Shown here in pieces: positions 1 through 13,099 of a DNA stretch of 64,000 nt. The position numbers and the translations under genes are program-made. The notes beneath the pieces are model-generated. The model saw only the letters and a program-made list of their open reading frames with translations. It was not told where the DNA came from and did not search any database. Numbering within the stretch: position 1 is the stretch's first letter; each line of letters opens with the position of its first letter. Source of the DNA: Eledone cirrhosa (lineage: Eukaryota); assembly GCA_964016885.1 (NCBI GenBank), contig OZ024743.1, positions 39,432,001 to 39,496,000 of the forward strand. The letters run 5' to 3'.

Positions 1-2200
1 GAAGCGGTCTAATGCAACTGGCATCAGAATGGGAGAATTCCCAGTTCTGTGACCAAGGGCGTAATCACGTTAGTCAGGAAAGACGATAACAAGGGGGATG
101 ACACGGGAAAATTCTGGCCCATAACTCTGCTCAACACAGAGTTACAGATTTTGGCCAAGGTGTTGGCAAAGAGGCTGGCGCTTGTCGTCGAAAACCTGGT
201 GGGAGAAGCGCAGACATGCGCAATCCCGACCAGGTCCATACACGACAACCTCCACCCCATGCGATATATCATAGAGAGGGTTGGGTGTAAACCCGGCTTC
301 GGTGGGGCCCTGATCAACTTGGATCAGTCTAAGGCTTTCGATAGCGTTGACCATCTTTACCTGGATGCGGTGCTCGAGGCGGCAGGCTTCGGTCCCGTGT
401 TCAGGGGCTGGATTGCTGCAATGCACAACAGCAACAACTGCTCAAGGGTCAAGGTGAACGGCTACCTCTCGGGGCCGCTCCATATCAAGCGATCCATCCG
501 ACGGGGATGCCCTCTCTCCTCCCTTCTGTTCGTACTGACTCTCGAGCCACTACTGCGAAAGTTGGATCTATTACAGGGCATCCATTTGGAACCGGGTCTG
601 GGAAAAGCGTGACAGTAATGGTGTCGAGCACCTCGCAAATCGGGGAGATCGGCACCTTACTGGAGGAATACGAAAGGTTCACAGGAGCGTAGCTGAACCG
701 GGACAATCGGTTTGCAACTCGGAACGTGGAGATGCAACCCGATGCCTTCCGATGACGTCGTTGGGCGTTGGAAGGAAGGACCAGTAAAGCTGCTCGGGGT
801 CTGGTTTGGTCCTGACCTCCAGGTGGAGAATAACTGGAACGAGGTGACGGCCTAGGTGTTTGCGCTCACCCAGAAGTGGGCCGAGTGCAAACTAACCTTG
901 AAAGGTCGAGCGGAGGTGGCGAACACTTGTATAGCATCCGTCATCTACTACCGCTTGACGGTTGTGCATGTCCAGCCAAAACGCTCCCCAAATTGGAGCG
1001 CGCGCTCTTCCAATTCCTTTGGAAGAAGCGGGCTCCTTTGGTTAGAATATCCATCTGCTGCCAACACCCTTCAAACCGAGGGCTGGCGATGCCGTGGCTG
1101 ACGATATGAAAACACGCGCTCAGGCTGCGGCACATCCACGTATTCCTCACCAGACAACCGGTGTGGGCCCCGTTCGTGAGGCGAGCCTTCCCACGACTCG
1201 TCTCGCTGACTAGCTGTAGACCTGGGTCAAGCAAAGACCGAGGAAAATGGGCGACTGGCATATCGAATGTGCTCAGGCGCTCACATTCCTCTGACAAACG
1301 GACCCGGCGATCAGTGGAGGCTCCACTTCGACATTCTATAGAGGGTTGGTCCGCAGCAAGTGCGACGACACGCTCGGAGAAACTCTAGGCGTAGAGGAGG
1401 ACGAACTGGCCAGTCTGTTCGGTAGGACCTTCCGCCCGGGACCAATGGACAACTTCCAAAAGTCCCTGGCCTGGCAATGCTACCGAGGAACTCTACCAGT
1501 TCGAGACAAGCTCTACAGACACGGGCGCCCGGGTAGGGACCCTTCCAAAAAGATCTGTCCAAGATGCGTGCGCGACGAGGAAACCGTCGCACACGCATTT
1601 GTACATCGCCCGGGCATTACCGACCTGTGGGGCTATGTAGAACGACTATTGTCGCGGGTGGGACCAATCCAGTTGACCACCGCGTCCATTGTCATGATCA
1701 AACCGCCACCCTCCTTCAAAAACGAGGGAGAGGCGGTTTTCCTATGTGTTATGGCTATGGTGAAAGAGGTTGTATGGTGGACGAAGTCAGACACCTTCCT
1801 CTCCGGCGTGCAACTGATTCGTTTTTCCAAATATCATTTTGGAAGAAGAATCAGGATGGAGAGACAGGTGCTGTACCCCAGCAAATTTTATAAAAAGGTG
1901 GGTGTATGTGGCAAAGATGACCCGAGTGGTTGGGCATTCTCTCTATATAAGCCTGTAGGTTGAGGAAAAAGAGGGAGAGAGGAAGGGAGTACTCACTCTT
2001 CGTGCTCCTGGAGATGAGGGTTGCACATTTTTTCGTGGTGTGTACAACCCCTGTGTAACACATCCCCCATATTGGGGATTTCAATTATTATTTGTTATTG
2101 TATTAATAGTTTTATTTTCATATACCTGTATGTAAACTCCCCATTTGTATTTGTCTCCTTCTTTTGTGCCCTTGTGGCTAATAAAGAAATTTATCTATCT
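1..2200 (+). mobile_element. Tx1-like (L1 clade) non-LTR retrotransposon, 3' part, frameshifted
   Basis: ORF pieces 49-612 (PITLLNTE..ILAK, DQSKAFD, RRGCPLS), 856-1109 and 1346-1963 (CPRC..EETVAHAF zinc finger). Homologous to the element at 56815-62678. The 3' UTR ends CCTTGTGGCTAATAAAGAAA followed by ATCT/AT repeats. Confidence 0.9.
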
Positions 2201-2479
2201 ATATATTAGTAAATTCTATACATTGCTGATTTTAAAATACACTACGCCCAGTGCACCTATATACTGGTGGACGTTAGGAAGCCCATTCCTATAGAAACGG
2301 TGCCAGAAGCGTGAACGTATCAAAAGGTTGAGATCGCTTCAACCCTCTAGTCTCGGATATTTCCAATTCATCCAAACAGATTTAAAATGACGGATTTTTC
2401 TGATAATAGAATTAGTATATTAAAGAAATCCTGTTAAGATTACCATTTTGATATTGCTGGTGAATCAGACCTTTCATTG

Positions 2480-3560
2480 AACCAATTCTCTCCTTCCTGC
2501 TATTTTGAAAATAATCTAGCTCTACATTATCCAATAAGCTTCTTTTTTATTTAAGACAATACAGTTCGACTTGATTGAAATATTGTTTAATATTTCTTAG
2601 AGATCGGATGACTAATGGGAGGCTCTCATGTAGCTTGTTACGTTAAATTACTTGCCGGTGCAAACAGTACCCTGTTTAAGTTCATTAAAAATTCCCTTTT
2701 CTGATTTGGTGTGTTTAGTTCTGCTGCATAGATCGTCTCAATTGAAGTGTATTTAAAGAATACAATATACCCCCAATTTTAGATAAGGAACACCAATTTA
2801 ACATGAAATTAGTTTAACCTTGTATTTAAATTTGATGTATGTTATTTGAGGATTGAAAGAGAAAATTACATATATGCTTTAACAGATATTAGTATAAGTC
2901 AATGATTCGTTATTGAATTTGAGTACCAAGATAAAATATAAAGGTCTGACAATGGCAACAAATGTTTCGATTTTAACGACCTTTAGTAGTGTCCGATAGC
3001 CTGCTGCGGTCTCATCTGTCAAATTCAGGAGGTGATATTGCAGGTGAAGTAAACACTATTTAACAGTAATTAGGTGTAAATAGCTGTAGATATTTCGCTG
3101 TAAGCCATCAATAATCTAGCTGTATTTGTATGAAATACGTGTAAAATCTGGATAGAATTACTCTGGCAATAGAGCTGGGTAAGGATGGATTATAGTTAAA
3201 GCTGCATTGCTATGGTGATGTAATTGGCAGAAGCTGCAGAGATCTTAATTATGATGAAATAATAGTTTACTTTCTTTATAACGTGAACACTGGTGTGTCA
3301 ATTATGTAGCATCAACATACTAATTGAATGATTTTAATCGAGTATACTCGGTTTCAAGCTGTTAAAACCTGTCTCTGCTGGCTAATAATCGCTTGATTAC
3401 GTCGGTATTTCCAATTTCCAAAATAGAACAGAGAAACCCTTTCGAGTAACTGACATATAGTAATTCACAAACACATTCTTGACTCTGGCTGAAAGCTTTA
3501 TCGTCTCCTGTCTCATAAATTGTCAATAGCGTGTAATATTATCCTTAACATGGGGCGTCA
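2480..3560 (-). mobile_element. highly decayed CR1/L2-like LINE remnant
   Basis: Minus-strand peptide scraps FYTYFIQIQLDY, LNTLQLRR and LHESLPLVIRSL resemble CR1/L2 ORF2 C-terminal motifs and occur in the expected order; many stops. Confidence 0.4.
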
Positions 3561-4335
3561 GCTGATCTCATATCACATTTATTTAAGACAAGCTGACTCA
3601 CCCATTTCTTCATTCCCTACTCATGTTATTTTCAATCGCTTAGAGTCTGTATTTAATCAGAATTTCCAAGCATTTCAACTTAGATCCTCGGCCCTCATTT
3701 GTTTTTCCTTGCCTAGAGTAATAAACACGAAACAAAATCAACTACATATATCTCCCCGATTTCTGAATACCCGCAAAATCCAACTACACTGCGGTTGAGC
3801 AAGTGATGAAATGAAATTAATTTAATGAAAATCTATGGTTCTAAATGTTCGTTTCATTCTTAAAATCAATCTAATTTACTTCCACTCTCTGATTTATCAG
3901 TTACTAATATATTGGATACTATTTAAATTGCAATAATTATAAACCAGAGGACAGTGGCTATTTCAAGATATAATCAAGTCAGTACATAATCACAATACAG
4001 TAATGTTATGTTGTAATAGCAATTACGGCATATATTGCAATAGCGGGTATCAACACATCATTAAGTGATTTTCATTTTGCTACGAAAAACAGGGATTTAA
4101 GACAATTCATATGTTCACGATAATATATAATAATAACAATAATTTCTATAATAACAATAATTTCTATAATAACATATATTACAATACAATACAAAAATAT
4201 GATATTACATAATGCAATATAATATGATACAATGCATGATATATTTAGTGATCATTTGGATTACTGCAGCTATATGAGTCTGCGGTAAACATCCTGTCTT
4301 GTGTTTCTGGCTGATGAATATTGTTCATTATTAAC

Positions 4336-4528
4336 GGCGGTGGATTGGCAGTATCGGTAGAGGGTGGGAAGCCATGCTTTCCAGCATAGTTACGTCCCTT
4401 TACGATTTGAGTTTAAATCCCGCCGAGGTTGACTTTGCCTTTCATCTTTACGGGGTCGATAAAATAAAGTACCAGTAATGCACTGGGTAATTGCTGGCCT
4501 TGTGCCTAAATTAGAAACAATTATTATT
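4336..4528 (+). mobile_element. tRNA-derived SINE (main family, short variant)
   Basis: A-box-like TGGCAGTATCGG, B-box-like GAGTTTAAATCC, core CCTTTCATCTTTACGGGGTCGATAAAATAAAGTACC, ATT tail; many copies in the window. Confidence 0.9.
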
Positions 4529-4544
4529 GATCATTGACGCATTG

Positions 4545-4684
4545 AGTTACGGCCCTTGTCATTCTGAGTTCAAATCCCGCCGAGGTTAACTTTACCGTCA
4601 TCCTTACGGGGTCGATAATATAAAGTACCAGTAATACACTGGTAAATTGCTAGCTTTGTGCCAAAAGTGGAAACAATTATTATT
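4545..4684 (+). mobile_element. tRNA-SINE, 5'-truncated, tandem to previous copy
   Basis: Same B-box, core and tail. Confidence 0.85.
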
Positions 4685-4741
4685 GATCATTCAATATATA
4701 TGAAACTGGACATTGAGTGTGAATTGGATTATGAGTATGAA

Positions 4742-4772
<31 letters not shown>

Positions 4773-5576
4773 AGTATAAGTTTTCCGAGAGCAAGACCAC
4801 ACTGTTCATATAACTGATATATATATATATACATACATATACATATTTAAATACACTCACATTCATACACATACATGCAGACGGACACAGACACACTAAA
4901 CACATACATAAACATGTACATACAAACGCACACAGACTCACTGATATGATTTGAATATGACGACAGAATAAAATTAGAAATATAAATAGAACCGTATATG
5001 ACAGACTGAATCAGAAATATTCCATATTGAAATGATTTCTTCCTGCGAATATTTGCTATTCCCAATATTACACAATAATATAATAGCGCAATGTTAACAT
5101 AAGTTTGCCTAGAGCTTGCCTTAAATCGAAGAGATAGAAAAATCAAATCCATAACGTGCTCCCTAGCACTACGAAAATATACACTATAAATATTCTCCTG
5201 TAAACATAGATTTACTAGTTAAATATATTCTTTAAAATATTTTACTTTATAACAGATGTTAAAAAGGTTTTGCTTAAGAAACTTGCTATAACCTGCGGAA
5301 CTGTCAAACATTATTTTGGTCGTAATGTCGATTTATCTTTATCCAAAACATTCACACGGAAAACACTGTGTTGTAAACACCCAGAAAGCTTTTCGATTTA
5401 CGTATAACGTCATTCATGAATACCACTCGTCACTGTGAATCCGAAAATGATAAAGAGCGTTGTCATTGCTTCGCTGACAAGGCCATTTAAAAATCAACGA
5501 AATGAAAATCATTTATATAAATTTATGTAAACTTGCCTCTGACATATTCTTCCGTTTTACAAAGTATATATATACC

Positions 5577-5640
5577 AAGGGCGGTGCCCCAGTATGGCGT
5601 CAGCCGTATGGCTGGAACAGGTAGAAGAGTAAAAGAGTAT
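5577..5640 (+). mobile_element. 3' tail fragment of a second SINE/LINE family
   Basis: GGCGGTGCCCCAGTATGG...GAAGAGTAAAAGAG lies between TA runs; resembles an octopod retroposon tail from memory. Confidence 0.45.
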
Positions 5641-5644
5641 TTTA

Positions 5645-5700
<56 letters not shown>

Positions 5701-7159
5701 TAATATATATATCAGTAACATTTGTCGACAATAGATTACTTTACCAGGAAATACCCGTTGGTCATTCTGCATCCCTACTTAAGATGTTCTATATGTTTAT
5801 TTACATACAAACTCACATAAACACACAAACACACAGAAACACACTTACACACATGCACGCACATATATATATGTATGGGGAGAGAGAGGGAGAGAGGGAG
5901 AGAGAGAGCGAGAAAGAGAGAGAGAGAGAGTAGTATACATTCCATACGTACAATGTAAGAATTGCATTGACTGGGGTGGCTTTTTGAAGAGACTTAAAAG
6001 AATACGTAAAATTATCAAGATTACAAACTCACTATTGTGAAATATCGATGCAGTTTCTTAGAATTGAAATTTCCTTTTTTGATGTCCATAAATACAACAG
6101 TATGATGCATCAATAAGTACTTTGGAAATATTCATATTTACACAGACACACACATTTCTTTCTCTCTCTCTTGTATATATAAATAAGTTTGCCAATGTGT
6201 GTATGAATCTATGTATGCATATATGTGTGTATAACATGAAATGTTGTATATACCGAAGAAAAAATACATTAAAAATATTTACAAAGTGAGAAGAATTATT
6301 ATTAAATAACATAAACAAGTTAGCACAAAAAATTCAGCAATATTTTCCTTCTGGGAATAAAATATCTGTTGTTGGTATGTTAAACGTTCTGTTCCCTCTG
6401 GCATTCGCATGATGGTGTGTCTGGGCATCTGCTTATGGACGGTTGCCTGAATGTGTACATGGTGTGTGCGGTTATGCTGGATATGTGTATGGTTATTTTG
6501 TGTGCATATTGTGTATGCATGTTTATGGGAGGCAGAATGTTTCGTGTGTATGATTGTATTATGTGAATAGTGAATAAAGATGATCTGTCTACTAGTGTTA
6601 GAGAGTGTGTGTGTTATGTATGTGTTTGCGAGAGAGTGTACATTCGTGTAAAATGTTGTCATGATATTTTAGATAACATAAAATATGCCATACCTATATT
6701 GTTTCGGGAAGTCTCTTACGTCTGTCCATGATATATCATGGTAGATGTGAGAATCTCTTTGATTCGTAAAATAATATAGGCTACCACATGCTATTGAAAT
6801 GAACTTCTGGATAGTCTCATCTTGATTTCGTTCTATAGTATGTTGATGAGGTACGTGATAGATTATATTTTGTTAAATCAAAATAGTTTATTCCGTGTTT
6901 TGGGGCTGGTATTATTCATTAAGGAGATTAACGCGATTTAGTCTATCATAGCAATTCCTATACTTGCTATTTCATGTCTGGTATATATTTAATCTTAGCC
7001 GATTGTGAAAGTACTGTGCCAGCAGACGCACACATATGCACTCTCAATGCATACATATATTCACACGCGCACACATACATAGCCCTTTAGTTCCGTGTAT
7101 GAACATAAACATATGAGATATATATATAAACTGAGATATAGATATATAGATATATATAT

Positions 7160-7350
7160 GGCAATTCTACTGAAGGTAGTGTTGTCAAAAGTGCAGAATT
7201 TGCTATAGAAATGACAAAAGCTCAGGTGTCGGGTACTGATTTTTTCTAATAAGGTCACAATCTACTATCCCATGTATCGAGTACTGTGAAAACTTTTCTT
7301 ACTATTTTGACACTGGTTTAATCCTGGAACATGCACGGGCAGACTCACAC
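7160..7350 (+). mobile_element. PLE terminal-repeat remnant with decayed hammerhead
   Basis: CTGAAGG..GAAATGAC-AAAAGCTC-AGGTGTCGGG..TTTTCTAAT..TCTACTA..GTATCGAGTACT is colinear with the minus strand of 53228-53355. Confidence 0.5.
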
Positions 7351-7665
7351 GTATATATTATTATTATTATATATATATATATCATTAATCATAACTTTAG
7401 AATCATCAGATATTAAAATATATATTATTTCTTCTTCTAATTAGCATAATTAACCATATACAAAGTCCATCCTAGCAATCTATAAGAATAAATTTTCTTA
7501 TGGGGAAATCTCCGACAAATAATCGATCGTAGCCTCTTCGCGTCGGCCCCGTCTCATTATTTATCCAACATTTCGACAGATGTAGAATCTGACCAAATAT
7601 ACCATCAACCACACACAATTAGTAGTAAAATTAAACTTAGAAGAAATGCGTACATACCGTAATTA

Positions 7666-7743
7666 TATCTCTACCATGGTTTCTTCCTTATTTAGGACTT
7701 CCAAATAATATGGATGTCCAGAGTTAGGTTTCATCAGGAGATA
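7666..7743 (-). ncRNA. type I hammerhead ribozyme
   Basis: Minus strand: TATCTC-CTGATGA-[long stem II containing GGACATCCA/TGGAAGTCC]-GAAA-CCATGG-TA^GAGATA. Perfect 6-bp stem I, palindromic stem III, GUA cleavage triplet. Confidence 0.85.
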
Positions 7744-8335
7744 AACTCAAAATCAGACATCTAGTTTTTCTATCCGATCTCGCCAAATTTAGATTAAAAA
7801 ATGGCTAAAAATCGCTATGTAGCAGTGTACCAGCCAGAGAGAAAGAGTGTAATTGGTTGCTTACGGCGGGTAGGCTTGCTGCTAGAAAGCGCAGCCATAT
7901 ATCGCCAAATTTAATCTCAACAAATTGGGAGATTATTAAATATAAAGGTTATCATATACATAAAGTTAAAGATATATATATGTTGCAACTGTTCACTTTT
8001 AAGCTCTATGAAGAATTAATAAATTTAAAAAAAAAAATCAGAGCATTATATCATAAATCATGTCTTTAGAATCAACAGATATTAAAATATATACTATTTC
8101 TTCTTTTAATTAGCATAATTAACAATATACAAAGTCCATCCTAGCAAGCTATAAGAATAAATTTTCTTATGGGGAAATCTCCGACAAATAATCGATCGTA
8201 GCCTCTTCGCGTCGGCCCCGTCTCATTATTTATCCAACATTTCGACAGCATGTAGAATCTGACCAAATATACCATCAACCACACACAATTAGTAGTAAAA
8301 TTAAACTTAGAAGAAATGCGTACATACCGTAATGA

Positions 8336-8413
8336 TATCTCTACCATGGTTTCTTCCTTATTTAGGACATCCAAATAATATGGATGTCCAGAGTTAGGTT
8401 TCATCAGAAGATA
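8336..8413 (-). ncRNA. type I hammerhead ribozyme (second copy)
   Basis: TATCTT-CTGATGA-[GGACATCCA/TGGATGTCC]-GAAA-CCATGG-TA^GAGATA; U-G wobble in stem I. Confidence 0.85.
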
Positions 8414-8451
8414 AACTCAAAATCAGACATCTAGTTTTTCTATCCGATCCC

Positions 8452-8455
<4 letters not shown>

Positions 8456-8542
<87 letters not shown>
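8456..8542. repeat. (TA)n microsatellite (one of many in the window)
   Basis: Direct reading. Confidence 0.99.
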
Positions 8543-8546
<4 letters not shown>

Positions 8547-8859
8547 GATGGCTGTCCATTCGTTATCGAGTATGGCAATTGCACGAAAAAAAATCATAAT
8601 ACTAATGATAATAATAACAATAACAACAATAATAATAATAACAACGTCAATAACAACAATAATAATATATATATATAAATATATACACACACACATAAAC
8701 ACATCTACACACACACATACACACAGACACACAGACGCACACACACACACACACACGATAGCAATTAACAGCTCTGCGATCGAATGTGCCTTTTTAGCCC
8801 AGCCAATGATCTAAAATGTCTTACACAGTGTTGGCAACCAAAACATTCACTGAGAATAG

Positions 8860-11255
8860 ATGGCCGTGGTTGGAGTTCATGTACCTTTGCATGTCGTTTG
8901 AGCCCTCCTGTTGATTTACATTCCCTACCACATGCTTGGCAAGCATGATGAGTAGCATCTCCAAAAGCAGCCTGGTAGTCAGCAAACTGATCTTACGTTA
9001 TGACTGCGAAGATGACTTTCGAGTCCAGCTTTGATGAGGCAGAATCTCGCACAGACGCTGCATATCAGCGCGATTGGAGGTCCCTCGCCGTCCGGAAATG
9101 CAACAGTAATACCTTTCCTCACATCCCGCTTTACTTTCTCGTATGCGATTCGAGATGCCTCAAAGGCAACTTTCCCCTCATATACAGTATTTCTCCATTT
9201 ATTACGATCAGCAGCAACATTTTCCCACGCATCAGCAGAGATGTTAGCGTCTTTCAAAGAAACTTTCAAGGAATCCTTATACTTCTTTTTTGGTTTATGT
9301 GGAGGTCGTTTTCCTTTAACTAACTCTCCATAAAAGAGTTGTTTTGCTATTCTAGAATCCTTCATCCTGGCAAGGTGGCTATTCCAACAGAGTCTTTGCT
9401 TAATCACAAGACCTTCTATACTGTCCCACAGAGATCTTTCCAAAATCCCGACATCACTGATGTGGTCACTTCAGTGAACGCCATGGATCCATCTGAGACA
9501 CATCTGATGGAAACGCTCCAAGTGTTTAAGGTGGTGTCGATATGTGACCCAGGTCTCGCAGGCTTAAAGAAGAGAAGAGAGCACACATGTCTTGTACACC
9601 TTTACCTTTGTCTTCTTGCATATGTCTCGCCGATCCCAGAGTCGCCTTTCTAGCTTTCCGAAAGCATCACTTGCTTTCCTAATCCTGAGTGGGATTTCAT
9701 TATCAAGTTTGCTCTATCGATTGACAGTGCTACACAGGTAGACAAACTGATCAACCGCTCCACGTCGTTTACCATATACTGCTTACCGAGGGCAGGTTGG
9801 TACATGACGACGGTTTTCTTGAGACTGACAGTCAATCTTGGGGCAGTGCAAGCATCAGCATATGCATTCAAAATGTGCTGCATATCCCTCTCTGTGTGTG
9901 CTACAAGATCGCAATCTTCTGCATACAAGAAGTCTCATATGATTGATGTAACACCATGTTCGCAATTCCTGATTGCAATATAGAAAACCATTGCAAAGTA
10001 TATGGCAAACATGGGCGGTGTTTGAATATCTTCCTGTTTCACTCCATTTTTTACTGAGAGAGGCTCCGACATGTTACCTCCCACATTAACCAATGTTTTC
10101 ATGTTGTCATGAAAAGACCTAACCAAAGCAAGGAATTTATCAGGGCAACGAAGTTTCTGGAGAACCTTCCATAATGTATTTCTGTTAACAGTATCGAAAC
10201 TTTTGTCAGATCGACAAAAACCTGATGCAGATCCAAACCTTTTTCCATGCACTTCTCCTGGAGTTGTCTAGCTGAGAAGGTCATATCAGTAGTGCCGCCG
10301 CCAGCACGAAATCCAGATTGATTTTCAGGTAGAATACAATCTGCAATGTGTGTCAGCAGACGATCCAAAATCACCCTACATAAAATATTTCCTACGAGAG
10401 AAAGCAATGATATACCACTGTAGTTTCCACAGTCATTCTTGTTATCCTTTCCCTTATACAAGAACACCATTACTGCCTCTCTCCAGTCCTCAGGTACGGA
10501 TTCATTAGCCCATATCCTGCCAAACAAAGATACCTTCTACTGGAGACCTTCCACTGTTCAGCTTCGAGATAGCTACTGCAACCTCTACAAGCGTCGGTGG
10601 TTCTGTGAGAGCTACTTTAACAGGTTTTTCTGGAATGAGATTGAGGAAAGCTTCATTGACGACAGGGGGCTGTTTCAAAAGTTCATAAACGTTCTCTCGC
10701 CACCGTTGTAGAATTCCCTGTCAGCCACGAAGAAGTTTCTTGCCATCCTTGCTGTGAAGCGGTGTCACCAGAGAAGAAGACGGTCCATAAACTTCACTCA
10801 AGAGATTTTACAACAGTTTTGGTTTATTGGTATCTGATGCAGCTTCTATCTCATCAGCCTTCTCACTCCAAAACTGATCCTTCATTTGAGAAAGACTCCT
10901 CCTAACACGTGATTTCACATCCTTGAGTTGCTTATGCAACATATTCTTCTCCTGTGGTATTGATGTCAAGTAGCGTGACAGAGCAGCCATCTTATCAGCC
11001 AACAAGCCCTCTATATGTTCATCATTCTCATTAAACCAGTCTTGATATTTTCTCTGCACCAATCCCAGAAGACGCCTGCCTACATCATAAAACGACTTTT
11101 TAATGGTCGGCCAATCCTTACCAAGATCTGCAACCTGCATCCCTTCTCGCAATGTCCTCTTCACATTTTTATCGGTAAGACGAACAGCATTCAAGCTTCT
11201 GCGCAGGGTAACACCAGTAGTTCATTTAACCTCGTCTCAGATAAAGTGGTAATTT
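8860..11255 (-). mobile_element. RTE-clade (BovB-like) LINE, 5'-truncated and disrupted
   Basis: ORF pieces 10808-11194, 10099-10527 (NYSGISLLS, QSGFR, RQLQEKC), 9935-10252 (GVKQ), 9650-9928 (decayed YADD) and 8979-9443 (RIAKQLFYGEL; C-terminal CSVC..GLESHLRSH). Confidence 0.9.
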
Positions 11256-12400
11256 AACCGTTCTCCTATACTTTGAGATGTCTCACCTATGTACACTATA
11301 TTCTTATCTTTACATTGTCGTTCAGTACATCTTATGCTATATACTACATGTCTAGTTTAAAGTTAATGTGGGGGCTTAGTTTACAGAATATGCATTTCTT
11401 ATCTATACAGGGAGGTCTTTGAAAAGAGTATGTGTAAGCTAATTCACCTAGAGGTGAATTAGCTTACACATTTAGAATGGCCCTAGATAACATAAACTTA
11501 ATATTAAGATAGTAGAAAGACCAGGTACCTCCATAAAAACACTTATTAGCAATACATACCCTTTTCAAAGACCTCCGTCTATAGATAAGAAATGCATAAT
11601 CTGTAAACTAAGCTCCCATATTAACTGTAAAACTATAAATGTAGTATATTGCATAAGATGTACTGAAGGACAATGTAAAGATAAGAATATAGTGTATAGA
11701 GACAGCTCGTAGTGTAGGAGAACGGTTAAATGAATACTGGCGAGAACTTCAAGATAAAAAAAGAATCATCAATACTCCACCAACATACTAAAATAGAACA
11801 TAAGGGCAAATGAGAAATCATAGAAATAAATATAGAATCTACACACAAAAAAGACGCAATGTTTAGACAAATCACAAAGGCAATAAACATAAATGAACTC
11901 CAACAAAAATTAAATAGAAAACATGAATGGAATAGCAACATCACAACTTACAATTAAGGACAAAATGAAAACACACATATACATAGAACAAACAACCAAC
12001 CAGTAAAACAAATAAAAAAACACATATAACCACACACAGACACCCGGATGTAACACATGTGCAAACTATGCACACAACACACACAAAAACAAGATGGCGT
12101 AGGACAGAACAAAGGAGAAGCACAAAAACAAAGAAAATAATCCCCAGTCACAAAAGAGGTCACGTAATGTGTGACGAAAGAACTTTGACAATATATGTAC
12201 AACCGTCCGGTTATGGAACAAAGCAACCAACCGGAAATTTATAAATTCTTAAATTTATTAATTTAATTTATAATAAATTAGAGTTAAAACCATTGGTGCG
12301 TGTGTTTCTTATTGGCAACATGACCCTTCCAAAGCATAACAATATCTGTTTCAACACACGTTTTCAGATAAAGAATCTTGCTAAACAAATTCAGAAATGA
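11256..12400 (+). mobile_element. Penelope-like element 3' end (decayed GIY-YIG plus pLTR) with inverted 5' arm
   Basis: 11452-12400 is homologous to the GIY-YIG element at 39829-40845. 11256-11432 is an inverted copy of about 11554-11728. Perfect 20-bp hairpin at 11430-11471. Ends in (TA)n. Confidence 0.88.
12146..12190 (+). ncRNA. decayed hammerhead in PLE pLTR
   Basis: AGTCA-CAAAAGA-G-GTCACG..TGTGAC-GAAA-GAAC-TT-TGACA; homologue of the intact copy at 40041-40085 with a mutated core. Confidence 0.6.
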
Positions 12401-12412
12401 AATATATATATA

Positions 12413-12452
<40 letters not shown>

Positions 12453-12469
12453 ATATAGCAGTAAGTGTG

Positions 12470-12505
12470 TCTTAACGTTCCGGACGCTTCTCCTTCATCA
12501 GAAGG
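12470..12505 (-). ncRNA. minimal hammerhead-like motif in a short insert between TA runs
   Basis: CCTT-CTGATGA-A-GGA-GAAGCG-TCC-GGAA-CG-TT-AAGA; one core mismatch. Confidence 0.55.
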
Positions 12506-12507
12506 AT

Positions 12508-12692
<185 letters not shown>

Positions 12693-13099
12693 ATATATCA
12701 GTAAATAGGTCTGGCATCAAACGTTTACATCTACGGAATTACAATGACACTGCGGGAATGTCATGTGGTATCATACGTTCAAAACGAATCTATTACCTAC
12801 GACTACGTCACTATGAAGATCTCTTATTAACAAACTGTTGTAACAATGCGTATGGCGTATCCAGCTGAATTAACATCTTATGTATAAGATTAAAATCAAA
12901 TATATATCAATTGATCATGTGTATGTTATATTTTGTTTAAAGTAATGAACTACATGATAAAATATTGAAAGAAATTGAGAAAAATGAAAAACATTATTCA
13001 TATTTCGAAAATTAAATTTGGTAGGTAAAAACTAGACACACATATTTTAATCATTGTTAAAAATCAGTGAAATGAAGGCTGAATCCCCTTCCTTATAAT

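Larger units (their letters stand above)
7378..8455 (-). repeat. 670-bp-period partial tandem repeat (about 1.6 units) between (TA)n tracts, one hammerhead per unit
   Basis: 7378-7785 and 8047-8455 are near-identical direct repeats with an offset of 669-670. Confidence 0.92.

Noticed and set aside
4336-4430. tRNA genes at SINE heads
   Set aside because: A and B boxes are present, but there is no cloverleaf and the head is always fused to the SINE core and tail.
7560-7600. second hammerhead-like half in the 670-bp unit (stem plus GAAATGTT, minus strand)
   Set aside because: No CUGANGA upstream in either copy.
8141-8404. 87-aa ORF inside the tandem unit
   Set aside because: It is frameshifted by a 1-nt indel in the other copy and has no recognisable domain.
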